Position numbers and translations under genes: made by a program
The notes under the pieces: generated by a model
Seen by the model: the letters and a program-made list of their open reading frames with translations, nothing else
What the model was told of the DNA's origin: nothing
The model's database searches: none
In this document: positions 20,460 through 28,830 of the stretch, one piece after another
Position numbering within the stretch: the first letter of the stretch is position 1
Layout of the letters: the number at the start of each line of letters is the position of its first letter
Origin: an uncultured Fibrobacteria bacterium
GTDB taxonomy: Bacteria; Fibrobacterota; Fibrobacteria; UBA11236
Assembly (NCBI GenBank): GCA_963716395.1
Contig: OY970309.1
Coordinates: forward strand, 2,592,001 to 2,656,000
Direction: 5' to 3'
DNA length: 64,000 nucleotides

Positions 20460-21698
20460 TTACAATTTGGGGTAAACGGCCTGCGCAATTCCCTGGCGCG
20501 TTTCCACCCGCAGGTTATACAGGCCCGGCTTCAGAGCGGAGAGATCAAGATACGTTCGTCCCGCGCCACGAAATGAAGCCGCACGAACGCCATTTAAATC
20601 GTAGGCATCGACACGAATGATTTCACTCGTGGAAACAATGCGGTTACCCTCCAGAGAGAAGATTTCGAGGCTCCGTTTTTCCGAACGCACGATTCCGGAC
20701 ACTCCCGAGCATTGTGTGGGATCATTTTTAACGAAATAGGCCCGGTACGCAGTGTCGTTTTTGTCCATGCAACCCACCAAATTCAACAATTCGATTTTGG
20801 CGAACTCCGTCGAGGTGCCTTCCAATTGAATGGCGATGTATCCGGACGAAATCGGGGCCGCACCATTGAGGTTGGTGTTGCTGGAAGTCTGACCCGAATG
20901 GGGGCCGGTGAAACCCATGACGGAATCCCAGGCGGTGTCGGGACGGCTTCGGACCCAAAAAGTCATCGAGGTGGAGTCCAACACCCGCGACAGGGAATAC
21001 TCCCAAATGTTTCTTCCGGGCCAGGTGGCATTGCTGGAGTTGAGGCCGTTCCCGGCAATCGTGGAGGAGTCATAACTGAGATCATGAAATTTTGCGTTGG
21101 TGCAGTGATTCCCCGTATTATCGGAATACCATTTCCCTTGGTAATTGATGGTTGTTCCATTGGCGCAAATATTGGAACTTCTCACGTTGGGGGGGCCATT
21201 GCAGCAGCCGTTGCTCCAGTATCCCAACAATTGATTTTCAAAGCAGTTCGGATAGGCCTGGTTTACGCCCATGGTATGCGGATCCTGGGAATGCAGCATC
21301 AGGCCGTTGTTCTGAATGGTATAACCTCCATGATCCAGATCCGATTTTTGGGGAAAGTGAAATTGCGCCCGCAAGAGGTAGTCGGAAAAAGGCGTCTTAT
21401 AAAAGAGATGGCCGTACCCATAAATGGAACTGAGAGGGGTCGTATCGATTACCTCCAGCATGGGGGTGTGCGAAGAATCGTTGCTGACCGCATAGCGGAA
21501 GGTGTTATAAAGATTCACGCCCAGGTTTTGACCTTCAATTTTGGGAATCCAATCGGAAAGGGTCGTGTCGCCCGGGCGAAAAAGTTGAATCCAATTGGAA
21601 TCGTTGGGTCCGGAAAAAACCGTGGTGGTGGCCGTGAAAATCAACATGCAGAAAACCATTGGTTTCAAGGCGATCTCCTTTGGATGGGGCCCGACCAT
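20460..21698 (-). CDS. Secreted DUF1080 (3-keto-disaccharide hydrolase-like) protein with T9SS-like tail
   Basis: WIQLF...LSDW.PKI, GHLFYKTPFSDYLLR, NNGLMLHSQ, ENQLLG, SGYIAIQLE, FAKIELLNL. Start uncertain. Confidence 0.75.
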   Translation of the reverse strand: MVGPHPKEIALKPMVFCMLIFTATTTVFSGPNDSNWIQLFRPGDTTLSDWIPKIEGQNLGVNLYNTFRYAVSNDSSHTPMLEVIDTTPLSSIYGYGHLFYKTPFSDYLLRAQFHFPQKSDLDHGGYTIQNNGLMLHSQDPHTMGVNQAYPNCFENQLLGYWSNGCCNGPPNVRSSNICANGTTINYQGKWYSDNTGNHCTNAKFHDLSYDSSTIAGNGLNSSNATWPGRNIWEYSLSRVLDSTSMTFWVRSRPDTAWDSVMGFTGPHSGQTSSNTNLNGAAPISSGYIAIQLEGTSTEFAKIELLNLVGCMDKNDTAYRAYFVKNDPTQCSGVSGIVRSEKRSLEIFSLEGNRIVSTSEIIRVDAYDLNGVRAASFRGAGRTYLDLSALKPGLYNLRVETRQGIAQAVYPKL

Positions 21699-21792
21699 TT
21701 CTTTTCGCGCACCGATTTTGACATCGGTGAGACGCTCCCTCTGGGGATATAGCTCTAACCCTATAATCTCGCAGACCAAGGGCAATTCTTTG

Positions 21793-21808
21793 GTTTCCAA
21801 ATGGAAAC
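21793..21808. promoter_or_regulatory. Palindromic motif GTTTCCAAATGGAAAC, copy B
   Basis: 7-2-7 inverted repeat, 7 bp upstream of a minus-strand TTGCCC-N16-TAGGGT candidate promoter. Confidence 0.65.
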
Positions 21809-21844
21809 GTCTCATTTTCCGGCGCGAGCTTCCGGGTTCCGGGA

Positions 21845-23533
21845 TCAGGGGAATTGCAATAAGGGCGAATTTGCTTGCTGATTTTCAAAGCTGAGTTTGA
21901 TGAAATCATCCGATCGGGCGGCCAGCGTTACCCAGATCTCGTCCAAGGTCCCTTGGAAATAAAAGCTGATGCCCGGCGGAGCCCAGAGGGCCAATACTCC
22001 GTAGCCCCAGCGCCAATAGCCCGTAATGTTTTCGGCCACCGTGGACGCGGGATCAGAAGCGACGAGCAGGCCGTCAACGAACAAGTCTTGGCCGCTGGCG
22101 GAGAGGCGTGCCACGACTTGGTGCCACGCGCCGTCGTTGAGCGGAGTGGGCGAATCGACGGTCTTAAAGATTCCGGGATTCGGATTGCTTTGATTCGCCG
22201 AGTCCGGCGGGTACACGGAAAAATGCACCGTCCCGTTGGGCGTCATGAAAATGTGACGATCCCGATAATTGGAGGTGGTGGATGTGTCCACATCGGTGAA
22301 ATCCAGGATCTTGCCGCCGTTCGTGGTTGTGGTCTTGAACCAGGCGGCCAGGGTGAACACCTGGGGGTTGGTGAAACTTCGCTGCGTTCCGGCGAATTGC
22401 GTCTGGCCGTCAAGCCCCATGCCGCTTTCCACCAAGCCGGGTACCGCACCGGCGGAAGCGGTGTAGCCGACGGCGATTCCCGGATTGTTGGCCCCGGAGG
22501 CGTCTTGATATTGGGGCGCGCCACCGCCCGGGCTTTCATCCAGATGCCAGACGCCGGCATACCCGTCGGCGGCCGCGAACACCGAATCGGTCGGGAAAGG
22601 AGCGGACGTATCGGTCTGGCCCCAAAGCATGTGGAGCGTTTGGATGGAATCGCCGAAGACCGTATCCACCCGCACCCAGGCTTCCGCCCGGGCGCCGGCC
22701 GAATCCCAGTGCTCGACGGCGCAGGGCAGCGGGTCGCCCGCGGCATTGGTGAAGCGGAGATCCGAGCCGTTACTGCGCGCCGAGGAGAAATCGAAATTGG
22801 CTTGCGAAAGCCGGACCAGCAGCGGAAAGCGCGTCACCGTGCCCGGTACGTCCGCGCCGCCCGCGGTGGTATTCAAAACCAGGGTCCGCGTGTATTTCCA
22901 CGACAAATAGGGCGCCGGCGCCGAAGTGGTCGAATCCGGTTTCACGGCGAGATCCCACGCAAAGGTCACCGGCCCTACCGTACCTTCCGGGTTACCGTAT
23001 TGGATCGAGTCGATTGTTCCGACGGGGATGGAATCCAGCCGGACGTTCCCCGCGGCGGATGCGATTTTTTGATGGAAGGTGGAGCCGGTTACATAGATGT
23101 AACCATCCGTCGTGTCGACGGCGCCGCGCAAGGCCACCATTACGGCTCCCGGGGGTTGCAGATTTTGGCCGGGAAGCTGCACGACACCTTGCGTGATTCG
23201 GATGCCTTGCAAACGCGCGCGCGCACCCGAGACCAAACTCACGGCTTCAAGATTGTAGATGCCGCTGTCGATTCCCGTGAAGTGGAACCGGCCTTGATCG
23301 TCGGTGGTATCGGCCCGCGGTGCGGCTTTCTTCGCGATGAAGTCCAACGTATTGAAATCGCTGGGCAGGAGATAAACCTGCGTGCGGGCGGCCGGCAGTC
23401 CCTTCGCCGTTCGGAAAACTCCGGCCGCGCCTTTGATCGGGTTCCCCGTTTCCGAACCGTCGAAGCACGCTTCGAAGCAGCACCCGGCGGCAAAGAGAAG
23501 AAGGCCTATCCGGAAAAAGGGGCGGCGCATCAT
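21845..23533 (-). CDS. Lipoprotein with carboxypeptidase-regulatory-like, DUF2341 and LamG/ConA domains
   Basis: Lipobox-like ...EAC followed by GSETGN; FPLLVRL...GSDLRF...WVRVD (DUF2341); GVWHL...FTLAAWFK...DGAWHQV...GTLDEI (LamG). ATGA overlap with the upstream gene. Confidence 0.8.
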   Translation of the reverse strand: MMRRPFFRIGLLLFAAGCCFEACFDGSETGNPIKGAAGVFRTAKGLPAARTQVYLLPSDFNTLDFIAKKAAPRADTTDDQGRFHFTGIDSGIYNLEAVSLVSGARARLQGIRITQGVVQLPGQNLQPPGAVMVALRGAVDTTDGYIYVTGSTFHQKIASAAGNVRLDSIPVGTIDSIQYGNPEGTVGPVTFAWDLAVKPDSTTSAPAPYLSWKYTRTLVLNTTAGGADVPGTVTRFPLLVRLSQANFDFSSARSNGSDLRFTNAAGDPLPCAVEHWDSAGARAEAWVRVDTVFGDSIQTLHMLWGQTDTSAPFPTDSVFAAADGYAGVWHLDESPGGGAPQYQDASGANNPGIAVGYTASAGAVPGLVESGMGLDGQTQFAGTQRSFTNPQVFTLAAWFKTTTTNGGKILDFTDVDTSTTSNYRDRHIFMTPNGTVHFSVYPPDSANQSNPNPGIFKTVDSPTPLNDGAWHQVVARLSASGQDLFVDGLLVASDPASTVAENITGYWRWGYGVLALWAPPGISFYFQGTLDEIWVTLAARSDDFIKLSFENQQANSPLLQFP

Positions 23534-24408
23534 GGCTTCGCCCGGGCGGGGATTTTCGAAAGGGGAAAAAACTGCGTGTTCAACTGGTAGACGCGATCGG
23601 GGTGGGGAAAATTCTGTTCCATGCCCAGAAGTTTCCGCCGGAAGGCGACGATCTCCTCTTTGAAAACTTCAAAAGCCTCGCGGGAAAGGCTCAACGTCAG
23701 CGTCGAAATGTCACGGACCGCGGGGTCGTGGCGATCGATCGCCTCTTTGGCCAAGTCCATGCAGGCGATTTGATAGTTCGCGACGTTCAATGATCTTACT
23801 TCCGGCCCCGTGGTGATGGGGTTTCCGGTTTGTCGGTACACGCCCTGCGCGTCCTGGGCGATGAATTTCAGATCTTCCAAAACCCGGATGGCTTTTTCCG
23901 CCTGCTCCGGAAGAATCGGCGGCTCCAACATCCTGGCCAGCGCGGCGTAATCGTCTTGGAAGCGGATGAGACCGATCAATTCGCGGAGGGCGCTGTAATA
24001 CCATTTGGAATAGAACTCGTATTGGCTGGATTGGATCAGAAAGGGCTCGACATTGCGGAAAGACATCATGCGCTCGAAATGGGTCCGCTTGTCGTCCAGA
24101 GTTTTGGCGTCATTGAAGTACACCATGTTTTCGAAATAAAGGGCTTCCTTTTTATTGAGCTTCATCGCGGCCGAAAATTTGGAGATGAGGCTTCGGCCCA
24201 AAGTGCGTTTGCCGTCGACCACGTTCTTGTAGAGTCCGGAAGAGTTGATCTTGGCGCGCAAGGCGAAATAGCGGTAGGAGAAAACCGGGTTTTTCTGTTT
24301 TTGAAAAGCGTAATAGGCGCGCAGATACGCACGGTAGTCCGTGAAGCCGAAAACCGAGGGGCAGGCGCTTTCGGCCATCGGGTTCTTTTCGCTTGCAAGG
24401 GTGGTCAT
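23530..24408 (-). CDS. TIGR02147 family protein (N-terminal HTH-like region, C-terminal DUF4423)
   Basis: DYRAYLRAYY...FSYR.FA...GKR.L...YFENMVYFNDAK...WYYSALREL...RDISTLT...VYQLNTQFFPLS, typical of this Fibrobacter/Bdellovibrio paralogous family. Confidence 0.88.
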   Translation of the reverse strand: MTTLASEKNPMAESACPSVFGFTDYRAYLRAYYAFQKQKNPVFSYRYFALRAKINSSGLYKNVVDGKRTLGRSLISKFSAAMKLNKKEALYFENMVYFNDAKTLDDKRTHFERMMSFRNVEPFLIQSSQYEFYSKWYYSALRELIGLIRFQDDYAALARMLEPPILPEQAEKAIRVLEDLKFIAQDAQGVYRQTGNPITTGPEVRSLNVANYQIACMDLAKEAIDRHDPAVRDISTLTLSLSREAFEVFKEEIVAFRRKLLGMEQNFPHPDRVYQLNTQFFPLSKIPARAKP

Positions 24409-24586
24409 TTACGGAAACCGGTTTCCCGGTCGCGGGCGAAGTAAATCTGCAGGGCTATATATAAGCCGAACCCGAATCCGCGGAGGTCAAAGTCGATCTT
24501 TTTTTTGTTTCCAAATGGAAACACCTCAAGGAATTCAATCCGCTCGCCCGGTCCGTTCCAGTAAGACGTTCAAGTGCGGTCCCAGG
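24102..24586. repeat. About 485-bp diverged direct repeat of 27897-28381
   Basis: Colinear alignment covering the TIGR02147 5' half, its upstream region and the marR 3' end. Confidence 0.95.
24507..24522. promoter_or_regulatory. Palindromic motif GTTTCCAAATGGAAAC, copy C
   Basis: Extends to TGTTTCCA-AA-TGGAAACA, about 100 bp upstream of the TIGR02147 start. Confidence 0.65.
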
Positions 24587-24592
24587 TGTCGC

Positions 24593-24720
24593 GTTGTTGG
24601 GCCGCAACCTCGGCGGTCACTTGCCGCGGCGGCTGCTGTTGAAGATGGGGGCCTGGACCGTGCCTTGGGTTCGGGCACTTCGGGCAGCGTGCTGGCGCCG
24701 CTGCTCATTCTCGGCGGGAC
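24593..24720 (+). pseudogene. Fragment of the clc gene (copy of 29757-29885)
   Basis: Matches the LLGRNLGGHLPR...GSGTSG.VLAPLLILGG coding sequence with substitutions and a 1-nt deletion. Confidence 0.9.
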
Positions 24721-24744
24721 CGGCAATCCACGCGATCTCTCACG

Positions 24745-25315
24745 TCCATGCCTAGGTCCGCCGCGAACCCGAAAAAACCGCGCTCTACCAGGTCTTTCAC
24801 AGGTACCTGCCCAGCTTCGAGCGGATGTGGACCGGCGCCGATTCGTGGAATTGCCTACCCAAGCATGCCACCCAGGAGTTACAGGAATTCCTGGCCGGCG
24901 GCATGCTCTCGCATGGTTTCGCGCAAATGCTTTGCGACTCTTGCCGCAAACGGCACCTGGTGGCCTTTCCGACGCAGGTCGATCGACGGAACCGCCCAAG
25001 GTTGTGAAGCCCGAGCCGCCGGAGACTGAAGCGATTGAACTCGATGGGGACGATGATGGCACCGGCGAATCCGACGCAAGCGAAGGCACGGATTGGCCGA
25101 GTATCCGGATTGGCTGGGATGCTGGTTCACCGGCACGCTACCCTGCGGGGGAAGGGTGCGGTGTGCCTTGGGCTGAATCGGAGGGAGATTCCGCCGGGGG
25201 AAAGTGGAATGCGGGCGGGGGAAATCGGGGGTTGTGGTTGGAATTGAAGGGTTGTGGATGGGAGGGTTGGGCTGGGGAGGGTGGCCATGAGTGGAAAACA
25301 GGGTTTGATTTATCG
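24745..25315 (+). mobile_element. Internally deleted IS91/ISCR-like transposase remnant
   Basis: Frame reads (Y>stop)VRREPEKTALYQVF...LPKHATQELQEFLAGGMLSHGFAQMLCDSCRKRHLVAF, the IS91-type Zn-binding N-domain. It is joined to a Pro/acidic tail (TEPPKVVKPEPP) and a G-rich end; boundaries approximate. Confidence 0.72.
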
Positions 25316-25529
25316 AGGCCCTTTTTCAATAATGAGAAATTTTAGGAGCGCTGCTAGAGGCACTATTTTCAAGTCCGCCAAGTTAGCAGCACAAGCTGTC
25401 GCCAATGTTCCGACACATTACCGTCGGCAACACCATTGGATTCGCATTCCCCGAAATTATTCAACAACTTCTCTTCAACCGAGATTAGAGCGGCCGCAAC
25501 CCGTGGCGAAATCTTTTTTCAGCCCACTA

Positions 25530-27224
25530 TCAACGCGGTAGCCAGTTAACCAACTTCCGGGTCACCTTCGTCCCGCCAGCATTCAACCTGAGGATGTAGC
25601 TTCCACGGCCTAATGATGTGGGAATTGCAGTAGTGTAAACGCCCGCCGGTTTGAATCCGTCCGCGAGAACGGCCACAATGTTTCCGCGCATATCCACAAC
25701 ATCCACTTTTACCGCAGCGCCTGAAGCGATAGAATAGGTGATGGCTCTGTTCTTATAATGCAAGGATACGCCTGAAGCCACCCTCGCCGGTTTGGGTGTG
25801 AGGATAGGCGACGTCGACACGGAGTCGTCGAGAACCATGAATTGAAAAAGGGAATAACCGCTACCGGGTCCAGCATGATCGGTGCCGTACATGCGCACAT
25901 AGCGGGCGGAGGTGGTGGCAAAAGTTTCGTCGGTCACCGACCGCGCCCCGCCCTTGGTGGTGCTGAATACGTCGGTCCACGCCGTGTTGTCGTTGGATAG
26001 TTGGATTTTGAACGACTTCGCATACGTCGAATCCCATTTTAAAATGACCCGATTCACCGGCATGGAAGAGCCGAGATCGACCGTGATCCACTGCGGATCG
26101 CCGCTCCCGCTGACCCATTCCGTATTCATATAATTCTGCCAATTCGAAGGGGCCGTTACGTTGCCCGGCAAATTGCTACCTGTGCTCGAGGACGCGGTTG
26201 CAGGCTTATGCAGCGCCACGTTTCTTTGACTGTCGATGGCGCGCCATATTCCCCGATCGGGATCGACTTCCCAATCCTGATAATAGTTGATCACCACCGA
26301 GTCTTTCGGAGTGAAGGTGATGGGCAACCAGGCATAATCCCCGTTCCGTGCCGGATGGGGTCTCTTCCAGCGGTCGCCCGCATACATCTGCACGGTATCT
26401 TCCGTGCCCTTGAAGCGGAACACAAAGTCGCATTGCGTGTCCCAAGAGGTCTTATAGGCATCGCCGGGAGCGATGATGGGAACCAGATTGGTCGTCCAGG
26501 GCCCACTAATACTCGGGGCCGTAAAGTATTGGGTTTCCGAAGGGTCTATGCCCAACATCTTCGAGGTCATGTAATAGTATAGGCCGCGGCGTTTCATCAT
26601 CAGCTCCGCTTCGCGGTCACTATTAGACCAAACCTGCATTTGTTTCTGCAGATTGATATAGTCGGGTGTCATCAACGCAAAACTTTGGGTCGTCGCGCCG
26701 TTATTCCATATTTCCCACAAGTAGTAGGCTTTGCCGTCATCATCCTTGAATACCGACATGTCCCCGGTATTCGCGCCGTAAACGGTGCTGTCAAACATTT
26801 TCGTGAAAGGCCCGGTGGGGCTGTCGCTGAGCGCGATGGCCCGGTTGCACCACTCCGGACCGGGCGTCTCCCATTTGATGACCATGACGTATTTCTTCGT
26901 CGAGTCGTTATACAACACATCCATGCGATTCGATCCCCGGGAGGCGACGAGCATGGTGCCGTGGTTTGTCCAATGCAGCAGGTCCGTCGACGAGTAACAG
27001 GTTTGAATCGTCTGGGTCGGGTCGCAGCCATACCAGTAATACGTTCCCCCGAATTTGTTTAGGCATCCGCTCCGGGTGTGAATCGGGTTCCCGTCCAGGT
27101 CGTATTGGAAAAAATCATTATGGATTGTGAGCCACTTTGCTTGCGAGCTTAATACGGTCAAGGCGAGGGCCAACACCGACCGTTGCAACACCTGAGTCCA
27201 TGCCGAAATTTTCGAACTGCTCAT
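25530..27224 (-). CDS. Secreted GH43-like glycosidase with F5/8 (CBM32) domain and T9SS-like tail
   Basis: YYWYG, YSSTDLLHW, GDMSVFKDDDGKAY, REA, YAGDRW, YAWLPI; NVALHKPATASS...WITVDLG...ARYVRM (F5/8). Confidence 0.82.
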   Translation of the reverse strand: MSSSKISAWTQVLQRSVLALALTVLSSQAKWLTIHNDFFQYDLDGNPIHTRSGCLNKFGGTYYWYGCDPTQTIQTCYSSTDLLHWTNHGTMLVASRGSNRMDVLYNDSTKKYVMVIKWETPGPEWCNRAIALSDSPTGPFTKMFDSTVYGANTGDMSVFKDDDGKAYYLWEIWNNGATTQSFALMTPDYINLQKQMQVWSNSDREAELMMKRRGLYYYMTSKMLGIDPSETQYFTAPSISGPWTTNLVPIIAPGDAYKTSWDTQCDFVFRFKGTEDTVQMYAGDRWKRPHPARNGDYAWLPITFTPKDSVVINYYQDWEVDPDRGIWRAIDSQRNVALHKPATASSSTGSNLPGNVTAPSNWQNYMNTEWVSGSGDPQWITVDLGSSMPVNRVILKWDSTYAKSFKIQLSNDNTAWTDVFSTTKGGARSVTDETFATTSARYVRMYGTDHAGPGSGYSLFQFMVLDDSVSTSPILTPKPARVASGVSLHYKNRAITYSIASGAAVKVDVVDMRGNIVAVLADGFKPAGVYTTAIPTSLGRGSYILRLNAGGTKVTRKLVNWLPR

Positions 27225-27873
27225 ACCGAACCTTTCGTTTCCATGCCGATGGCTTAAAAGAGCCGGGGAAAATCGAATCCCTGTTCTGAAAATCCGGTCG
27301 GTTGCCATTTCAATTCAACATAATAGTGCGGCTTTACGGGAAAGGTGTTGCCATTCTTAATGTAGGTCGACCCTATGGAAGGTTTTTCGGAAAACGATCA
27401 TTTGGAAAGCGACCCTAAGGAAAGTCCATAAAAGCCCATTACCGATAAGAATTCTTAAACGGAATCCTTCGGTTCGCATTTCCTCCCCTTCAACACCTTT
27501 TCTTTGGCGGACTTCGAGGCCGCCGCAAGGGCGAAGAGTCTGCATTTTTCCCAATGGGGCGGAAGGCGTATACGACTGAAATCGCAGCGCCTCGGCCCAA
27601 CTTCGTGCCCGTGTTTGTTGCCGTTGGGAATTGGACGTAAAATGGACGTAACTACTGATTTATATATCCGGGGTGACCCTTGCCGGCAACCATTTCGGAT
27701 CCCATTCTGCCCAAGCAATAGAAATACCGAAAGAGCACTGGGGTGAGCAGGATCCTTTAATTCGTGTTTTGGCTCACCCGCACCGAAAGAGAAATATTTT
27801 CATTGAATCGGGACGCCTGGGTCTGGCCGCACAGTTTGGTTTACAGGCGGACTAACATTTGTTGCCTATTTTT

Positions 27874-28203
27874 TTAAGGGGGCGGGGAACAAAGACTTTT
27901 GGCGTCATTGAAGTACACCATGTTTTCGAAATAAAGGGCTTCTTTTTTATTGAGCTTCATCGCGGCCGAAAATTTGGAGATGAGGCTTCGGCCCAAAGTG
28001 CGCTTGCCATCGACCACATTCTTGTAGAGTCCGGAAGAGTTGATCTTGGCGCGCAAGGCGAAATAGCGGTACGAGAAAACGGCGTTCTTCTGTTTTTGAA
28101 AAGTGTAATAGGCGCGCAGATACGCACGGTAGTCCGTGAAGCCGAAAACCGAGGGGCAGGCGCTTTCGGCCATCGGGTTCTTTTCGCTTGCAAGGGTGGT
28201 CAT
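27874..28203 (-). pseudogene. 3'-truncated second copy of the TIGR02147 gene
   Basis: First ~102 aa nearly identical to 23530-24408, then homology stops at about 27897. Confidence 0.9.
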
Positions 28204-28301
28204 TTACGGAAACCGGTTTCCCGGTCGCGGGCGAAGTAAATCTGCAGGGCTATATATAAGCCGAACCCGAATCCGCGGAGGTCACAGTCGATCTTTTTTT
28301 T

Positions 28302-28317
28302 GTTTCCAAATGGAAAC
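28302..28317. promoter_or_regulatory. Palindromic motif GTTTCCAAATGGAAAC, copy D
   Basis: Same context as copy C. Confidence 0.6.
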
Positions 28318-28329
28318 ACCTCAAGGAAT

Positions 28330-28746
28330 TCAATCCGTTCGCGCGATCCGTTCCAGTAAAACGTTCAAGTGCGGTCCCAGGCGCTGCAACTCGGCGCGGT
28401 GCACAGCGCTGAGGCGATCGAGTAAATCTTTTCCCCATGGCGTGAGGCTTACGAAGACCTGGCGTCGATCCGTGGTGGCGGTCGTGCGCGCCATCAATCC
28501 TTGCCGGACCAGCCGGTTCACCAGGCCCACGGCGCTGTGGTGCCGGATTTGCAATTGCTCCGCCAATTCTCCCAGGGTGACACGTTCACGCCCGGGAAAA
28601 CCTTCCACCGCCAGCAAAGCTTGGTGTTGCTGCGGCTCCAGGCCGAGGGGGCGCGCGGCCTCTTCGCTGAAGCGCAAAAAGCGCCGCAGGGCGTAGCGGA
28701 ACGCCGCCAGGTGCTCGTATTCGGATTTTTGCAGTCGTTTTTTCAA
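28330..28746 (-). CDS. MarR family transcriptional regulator
   Basis: LAAFRYALRRFLRFSE...QQHQALL...LAEQLQIRHHSAVGLVNRL...DRRQVFVSLT..G. TTG start inferred. Confidence 0.88.
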   Translation of the reverse strand: MKKRLQKSEYEHLAAFRYALRRFLRFSEEAARPLGLEPQQHQALLAVEGFPGRERVTLGELAEQLQIRHHSAVGLVNRLVRQGLMARTTATTDRRQVFVSLTPWGKDLLDRLSAVHRAELQRLGPHLNVLLERIARTD

Positions 28747-28781
28747 GGTCTCAAGTAAAAAATAGGCAACCGCGCGCCTTG

Positions 28782-28806
28782 ATATATATCGTAATACGAT
28801 ATATAT
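28782..28806. promoter_or_regulatory. Perfect 12-1-12 palindrome, probable MarR operator
   Basis: ATATATATCGTA-A-TACGATATATAT in the divergent marR/clc intergenic region. Confidence 0.8.
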
Positions 28807-28830
28807 TCCGGCCCCGTCTGAAGGTCGTGC

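Noticed and set aside
24341-25345. 334-aa ORF as a novel gene
   Set aside because: It is a chance read-through of antisense TIGR02147, marR and clc scraps and the IS91-like remnant.
27313-27323. ATTCAACATAA resembling a XerD arm
   Set aside because: There is no plausible XerC arm; it is more likely part of the AT-rich GH43 promoter.
18271-28317. Palindrome copies as a CRISPR array or integron attC sites
   Set aside because: Spacing is kilobases, there are no cas genes, the attC R-box architecture is absent, and the nearby recombinase looks like XerD without an IntI-specific insertion.
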